A DNA stretch of 64,000 bases. Origin: Halocafeteria seosinensis. Its lineage: Eukaryota. Below the pieces are notes generated by a model. The model was not told the DNA's origin. It was given only the letters and a program-made list of their open reading frames with translations, and made no database searches. The DNA is taken from assembly GCA_001687465.1 (NCBI GenBank), contig LVLI01000229.1, positions 62,001 through 126,000 of the forward strand, given 5' to 3'. Positions within the stretch are counted from its first letter, which is position 1, and every line of letters starts with the position of its first letter. Positions 58,195 to 64,000 of the stretch are shown piece by piece. The translations under genes were made by a program, and so were the position numbers.

Positions 58195-58926
58195 TTATGC
58201 CTCGGCCCACTTATTCTTTTCACGGATCTGGTACAAAGGGACCAAAAACACAAGCCTCAGACCTATTCAAACATACAGCTTTCCAGACACGCTACTTACC
58301 GACGCTTCTTCTTCGGGGCTAAATGAATGACCTTCCGAAAAGAGTTTCTTATACTCTTCCTGGCTCATATCTTTAATGCAGGAAGCCACTTTGGCGGCCA
58401 ACAACATGGTAAGAGGGTGAATCGCGAGTTCATGCGCGATTCTCATAATTTCAAACGTTTCTTTTAAACCGAGTTCTTCAGCAAATTTGGCTGACCATCT
58501 TGGGAAGCCATTATTCTCTAAATGAGCATCTTTTAAAGGCTTAGGAATTGTACGATGGGAATTCCTGCCGTCATTTCCTCCTCCCGTGGAACCAGACCCT
58601 TGCTGCTGCTGTTGCTGCTGTTGAGCGCTCTCGTATGCGCTCGTATCATGGTGCTCGATCTCATGTAAGGGTATGGGATGCTCCTGATGCTTCTCCATGA
58701 AGTGAATGACTTTATTCAGTGTTTCCTTGGGAACGCCATGGACTTCCACGGGTTCCTCATTGTCTTTTCCTCCAATCTCAGCCTGTTCCCGGAGATATCC
58801 AGAGAGTGTATATACTTTACGAGGGAGAACCGTCTCCTTATTGTCGTAGGTCGTGTATATCGTGAGTTTATCGGGTAAGAGCTCGATATTGCTGGAGCTT
58901 CCTGCAGGCTGTCCTGCCGAAGCCAT
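58195..58926 (-). CDS. SKP1: Divergent SKP1-like protein (2 exons)
   Basis: Motifs TLNKVIHFMEKH, IPKPL, W...F and AAKVASCIK. Intron 58228-58299 completes the SKP1 C-terminus FSPEEEAS|IREKNKWAEA*. Confidence 0.88.
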
Positions 58927-59156
58927 CCTGAAAGAATTCCTTTTTATGATTTTATGCACTTTACACAGCGATTCTATGAATGATTCTCATATCAATCAAC
59001 TCTAAATTAAACCGTCTATACAATGGTATAACACTTGTATGGAAAGAAGGAGCGTCAACCAGTAACTAGAGGATATTGAAGTAGCAGGATTGAACGCCAG
59101 AATGACTCTCTTTTTCGAATATTGCGTCATTCTAATGGCCAGATGACTCTAGGAAT

Positions 59157-61833
59157 ATGCGTAGAGACTACATAAGGAGGGTTGCCAGATGCTTCTGGGT
59201 GCATGTGTTTGTTGTATTAGGCCTTATCGCCGCTGGTTCTCATGGTGTATCTGTGGATGATTACGCCCGTGCTCATCGCTATATAAACCAATTTTCAGGC
59301 TCAGGTTCCTCTTTTATTCGTGGTTCCCTTGCTGGAAATAAGCACGCGAGGAGAAGACATGTGCATCATCATGATGCAGTTTCTGCACGTGGTGGCCCCT
59401 CGGTGGAAGGACAACGGCCTTCCCATGTTGAACATTACAGAGATATAAACGACATCCAACACGAACTTCAAGTTGAGGCATCGGTGGTGAGAGCTTTGCA
59501 AGGCGAATTCGATGACGATGACGAGGGTTTCGGTTCCGCACGCTGGATGGAGAACGGAAAGGAGGATGCCGAAGAGAAGGAAGTGGGGACGCCGCTACAG
59601 GACGGAAGCCCAAACAAAGGCTTCTGGTCAATACGTACGGTCAATTGTACCAAAGATGGAACTCCCAGCGATGGCGCTGGAAGTGAGATTGAACCTGGAG
59701 GAGCGCCAACACCCCAATTCACGTACCAGTGCACTTCCGATCCGCTAACGCGGAATCAGTACACATTTATTCATTTGACATTTATGGCGTTCTGTGCGTT
59801 CGTTGCTGCGGGGATATATATTTGCTTGCGACGCATAGGTCGAATACGCATGAAGCGCTCCTTAGATCAATTTCCTCTTCAAACATTGCCAAACCTGCAT
59901 ACCCGCCCTTTTTCAGTAAGTCTCAATGCCGTGCTGCTACAGGTAGAGGAGTTTTCCTCATTTCGCTAATTGTATCACACTTCGCAGATGAAACGAGCCC
60001 AAACCGTAGTTCAGTATTTATATGTTATCCAAAACGATGAGATTTTCTATGGGCGCCGTGGCAAATTCCCTCCTTCCTTCCCGCGTCAAGGGAAATTCTT
60101 CGTCTATCAAGGGTGGGATACCCTCTTATGGAGAGAGTTAGATCGAATTGGTGAGTCCTGATAACTGAACACTGTGCGTATAGGTATCCTTAACGTGGGT
60201 TGTTTGCAATGTCCTTGCAGCTAAAGCTGCCTTCGATGTAATTCATCCTGATCAACTTCGCCCGTACTTGGAAGTCAATAGATTGCCTCTCGATTATAAT
60301 CCGGGAAAGCTACCGTCTAGTCAATCTGGAGTAGAACGAAATGGTGCTGTGGACGCGACGAGATCCAAGATTCAGCGCTACGTGGGTGTCATCCCCGAAG
60401 TGCTTAAGAACATAGATAGCCAATTTGCGGAAGAGGCTAAGCGTGATATTTCTATCGCTCTGGCTGTTCTTAATGGTGTTGGGCTTGTTACTAGTCGCAC
60501 GTATCTAGTCTTGAAACCGCGCCTAACGAAACTAAAGCATAAGATCACACGGTTGCGCGAGGATGCTCTTCTCGAATTGCTTCAGTACATTGAACAGTAT
60601 GGGGTGAAAAGCACCATCCGAAAACTGAATCTCGAAGGTGTTCCCGAGTTCTCTGCCTTTGAATCCAACTCCACCTTGAAGTATTTGGGCGTGGATGATA
60701 GCTCAGAAAATTTTCCTTCAACTTCGTCGGCTAATGTTCGTGCTACCTCTGCGGCAACTGCTACCAAGCAACAACAGAATGGCGGTACGGAATCTTCGGA
60801 TGGTAAAAGCCGGCCACAATCTAGTGGTGCAACCACCGAGACTTCGGAAGACGCAGATTTCGTGGACGCTTACTCAGAACTGCCTTGGGAACGCGATATT
60901 GATTTATACATGGATGAACCACAGCCGGTCGAAGATAAGACAAGACAGCTGTTTTTTGATGCACATGGCGAGAGCGAAGATGGTTTTGAATCGTTCGATT
61001 CCGAAGCTGATGAAGCGGGAGTGCCCTCCGAACTCGGTGTCGGTCCATCTGCGACATCATCAACGCAAGCCGGTGTTTCTTCACATAATGTACCCGTGAA
61101 CCCGTTAGATGTAGTGAATGAGGTTATAGGAGGGGACATCCCCGTCTCAGAGTCCCAGTTCGAGGATGCGCACGATTTTGCCCCAGCTCGAGGGCGATAT
61201 GAGGGATTCCCTTCTAGTGGCCCTGCTACTACCACCAGTGCTTTTGAATATGACCGAACTCCAGTAGCAGATGCTTCTAAAAGCCAGCATAGTGCTTGGC
61301 TTACAGGGAGAGGACGGGACAATGTAGGCAATGAATTCGGAGAACCAAAATCAGATGAGGATTATAGACACGGACTATATGGGCATCCGAACGCCTCGCT
61401 TGGTGGACAGTCTCCTTACGTCCCTCGACCCCCACCGACTCCTTCAGAATGGCAACGGCAAGTATATCAACCTTACGAAGAAAGCGCAAATTGGGGTGGT
61501 TCTACTTCTACAGCTCTTGGGGTCGTCAATGGACTGGTTGATGGTGGAATGCCAGCGCCACATGGTCGCGGAGGTAACCGACCCAGCTCAAGCGGTACAC
61601 TAGACACCGATGATGCTCTCTTTGAAGATGCTGAAGCGTATCCGGAACCCAATGGATCTTTTTCACCGCTCATGCGATTCTACCAAAACGACATGAGTGG
61701 CAGTAGTTCCTTAAGTTGGATTGGCAGTCGTGGCTCCGGTCGAGGAACCCAAGGCGAATTGGGAGACTATCTACCTGGAACACCTGAATACCCCTATGGC
61801 CGGAACTGGTCGACCGACAAAAGGTGTCATTGA
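59157..61833 (+). CDS. Unknown single-pass (type I) membrane protein with an acidic cytosolic tail (3 exons)
   Basis: Signal-peptide-like N-terminus; TM helix FIHLTFMAFCAFVAAGIYICL followed by basic RRIGRIRMKR. GT-AG introns at about 59916-59987 and 60151-60220 join the three ORFs in frame. Confidence 0.72.
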
Positions 61834-62427
61834 AACGTGCATAGATCGGTCTTCATTCTCCCTTTGGGCACGAGTATCACGGCTGTATGCGCACCAGTGG
61901 CGGCGTTCGTGAGCCTCCTGAGGACTCCTTTTGTTAACTTGCTCATTGTAACTCTCGCTGCCTTCGCTGAACAAGGCGGAGGTGGAATCGTGCTTCGCAC
62001 GCTACAATTCCCGTTGCCGTTTGTTTAAGCGGTCTCCTTTACACAACAGTCAATATACAATGCGATACATATTGTTTGTCATAAGTGAGGGTATCCAGTT
62101 GACTTAGGTGAGGACTCTTCTGGGGCTTCGCGGAACCTGAAGTCGGTCGCAACTTGCAAGATGCGACATATGCCGTTCACTGGCTCTTTCCGGCTTCAAC
62201 TACCGGTAGATTGAATGCGCATTGCAGAGGTGAATTGGAAATAGTTAGTTGTAGTGGTTAGGCTAAAAATGGGGCCCTGGAAACAAACGATTGATTTGGA
62301 ACTACGTTTCTGGAGTCTTTACCGCCGGTAGGGGTCCCAGACCACTGGCCCAGGGTTTCTGGTCCACCAGATTTTGTCTACACAAAACACCTTTGTGTTA
62401 CATTTCGGCTATCCAGGGAGGCCTACA

Positions 62428-63348
62428 ATGAAGAAAATTGATGGTGGAGGTTCGCATGTTTTTTCAGTTTGTTACCGGCTAATGGCAGGGTTCTTGTTCT
62501 GCATCGGGCTTTTGGAGATTCTGGGAGCTGCGGCTGCGGTTCCTCAGTCATTCGTTCTGGGACGGGACGGGTACGGGGCCTTGAGTGAAGGCGTCAATAC
62601 ATGGTGGAGAGGATACAGGATTCGTGTCAACTATGAAATTACTGTCACAGGATTATACGCGAGTGCAGCCGGAGAAGAGGGGATTTCGATGGCTCTGTTC
62701 AACGTTTCTGTTGACACGCTGACACTGTCGGAAGTTTTGGCCAGCGGGACTGTATCGTTAGAAGGGAGACACCAACTCGTAGCGTTTGACGAACCAGTTA
62801 CTCTATTTGATAGAAGCATATACGCAATAGCTCAAGGTAGAGAGAGTGGAAATGAAGTTGTGAGTATCGATGTAGAGAAGCTTCTTCAGGACTTCCCTGC
62901 TTTGGCATCTTGGGAGCCCAGAGATGGGGATGCTTCATTTGAAGTCGCAGGAACCTCCGCACCGCAAGATATTGTTGGATATTCGTTCAATTATTCGGAT
63001 AATCTGGTCATTCCGGACATCGGGATGTCCTATATCGACCCGAGATTCTGTCCTGGAAACAAAGTGTTCAATGGAAGCCAATGTATTTGTACAAAATCCC
63101 ATGAATTCGCTCCAACAGAGGAGTCGATATGCAGGTCATGTGGAAATGGGTCGATGCCTACGCTTCAACAAGATGCATGCATTAAGTGCCGTGCTGGCCA
63201 AGTATCGGGGCCGAATGAGTCCAACTGCTTTTCCTGTCCTCGGGGCCAGACGCCCAATGCTGAGCACAGCCACTGTGTCACCCGTATTCAACGCCCCACA
63301 AGAACCGTTGGAAGCGCACTCCACAAAGTGCATCATAGCAAACACTAA
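62428..63348 (+). CDS. Secreted protein, short paralogue of 21154-23343 (same N-terminal domain, about 4 Cys repeats)
   Basis: ATG at 62428 (or 62482) and a signal peptide. WRGYRIRV, EVLA, YAIAQG, IDVEKL, SWEPRDGD and PDIGMSY align collinearly with the 21-23 kb gene. Confidence 0.85.
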   Translation: MKKIDGGGSHVFSVCYRLMAGFLFCIGLLEILGAAAAVPQSFVLGRDGYGALSEGVNTWWRGYRIRVNYEITVTGLYASAAGEEGISMALFNVSVDTLTLSEVLASGTVSLEGRHQLVAFDEPVTLFDRSIYAIAQGRESGNEVVSIDVEKLLQDFPALASWEPRDGDASFEVAGTSAPQDIVGYSFNYSDNLVIPDIGMSYIDPRFCPGNKVFNGSQCICTKSHEFAPTEESICRSCGNGSMPTLQQDACIKCRAGQVSGPNESNCFSCPRGQTPNAEHSHCVTRIQRPTRTVGSALHKVHHSKH

Positions 63349-63550
63349 GATAAGATGTACTTTTCTTTTGTGTCAAAAATAAGGGAAGATGGTACAGTGT
63401 ACGTTCTACCACAGCGGTACTGTGGTAGTTGTACTGTGATTGGAGTTGGTCTGTCTACACAATGCCTACCATAAATCATTACTAAACGAGTAAACGATGG
63501 GTAAAGTAAATTAAAACTGAGAGATGGACCTCTGTGACCTGTCCCTTACT

Positions 63551-63750
63551 GCCTTCGAATTCTCTGTGAGTTCGAGGAATACTGTAGTGCCGGAACGCTC
63601 AGAATGTTTCGTGAGTACTACCGGTAGGGATTAAAATACTATAGTGGGAGAGGGGGCCCTCAAAATTCTCTGTGAATACTAGGAATTTTAATACTGTAGA
63701 AGAGGCCCTCCGAATTCTCTGTAAGTGCAAGAAATTGAAATACTTGGGCG
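63551..63750. repeat. Four degenerate tandem repeats of about 46-59 bp
   Basis: Units begin near 63551, 63597, 63656 and 63705, with approximate consensus GCCCTCNGAATTCTCTGTGAGT...AATACTGTAG. Confidence 0.7.
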
Positions 63751-64000
63751 TCAGTTCGATTTGGAACCACTGGACCACTGGTGAATGTGCAGGAAATGTT
63801 TCATACAATGCCAACCATGCTGATGAACAGTAAATCCTTTTTTCGTATGCTATTTTAAAATAGAGCGCTAATGAATGGCATACTTTTCCGATTTCGTTGC
63901 CCAATATATGTTCTTGAACTTGTCCAGTGATGTTCAGGCGAAACGTCGGACTTAGATCCTGAGATCCCGACTCGTACCACATACACATTCCATGCAGTTC

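Noticed and set aside
62146..62215. Two short imperfect palindromes (GTCGCAACTTGCAAGATGCGAC and TCAACTACCGGTAGATTGA) as a tRNA or MITE
   Set aside because: No cloverleaf, A/B boxes, terminal inverted repeats or target-site duplication.
63551..63750. CRISPR-like array
   Set aside because: The repeats are degenerate with irregular spacing, no cas genes are present, and the context is eukaryotic.

Overview
This is gene-dense eukaryotic nuclear DNA with the standard code and short spliceosomal introns (mostly about 55-80 nt, GT-AG, plus one GC-AG). It comes from a flagellated organism, since it carries tectonic and a TEX49-like gene; a protist such as a stramenopile is plausible but is inference only. 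Splicing the ORF fragments by hand gives about 20 protein genes. In order they are: a 5'-truncated atypical-kinase/ankyrin protein, two paralogous C2H2 zinc-finger genes, adenosine kinase, a 16-exon TPR protein, two P2X-receptor-like paralogues flanking a secreted CxxC-repeat protein, a CAMK-like kinase, a double-AP2 transcription factor, tuberin (TSC2), an ~18-exon unknown, TEX49-like, tectonic, OFCC1-like, an Alba/RGG protein, a GLUG-like secreted protein, a divergent SKP1, a single-pass membrane protein with four FFAT-like motifs, and a second CxxC-repeat family member. I recognised no rRNA, tRNA, CRISPR array or intact mobile element. The best candidates for undescribed biology are the multi-FFAT membrane protein (possible ER contact-site tether), the P2X-like pair that appears to lack the ATP-binding lysines, the secreted family with a shared N-terminal domain on a variable-length CxxC stalk, and the kinase-ankyrin fusion. 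All homology calls come from motif recognition by eye; no searches were run.
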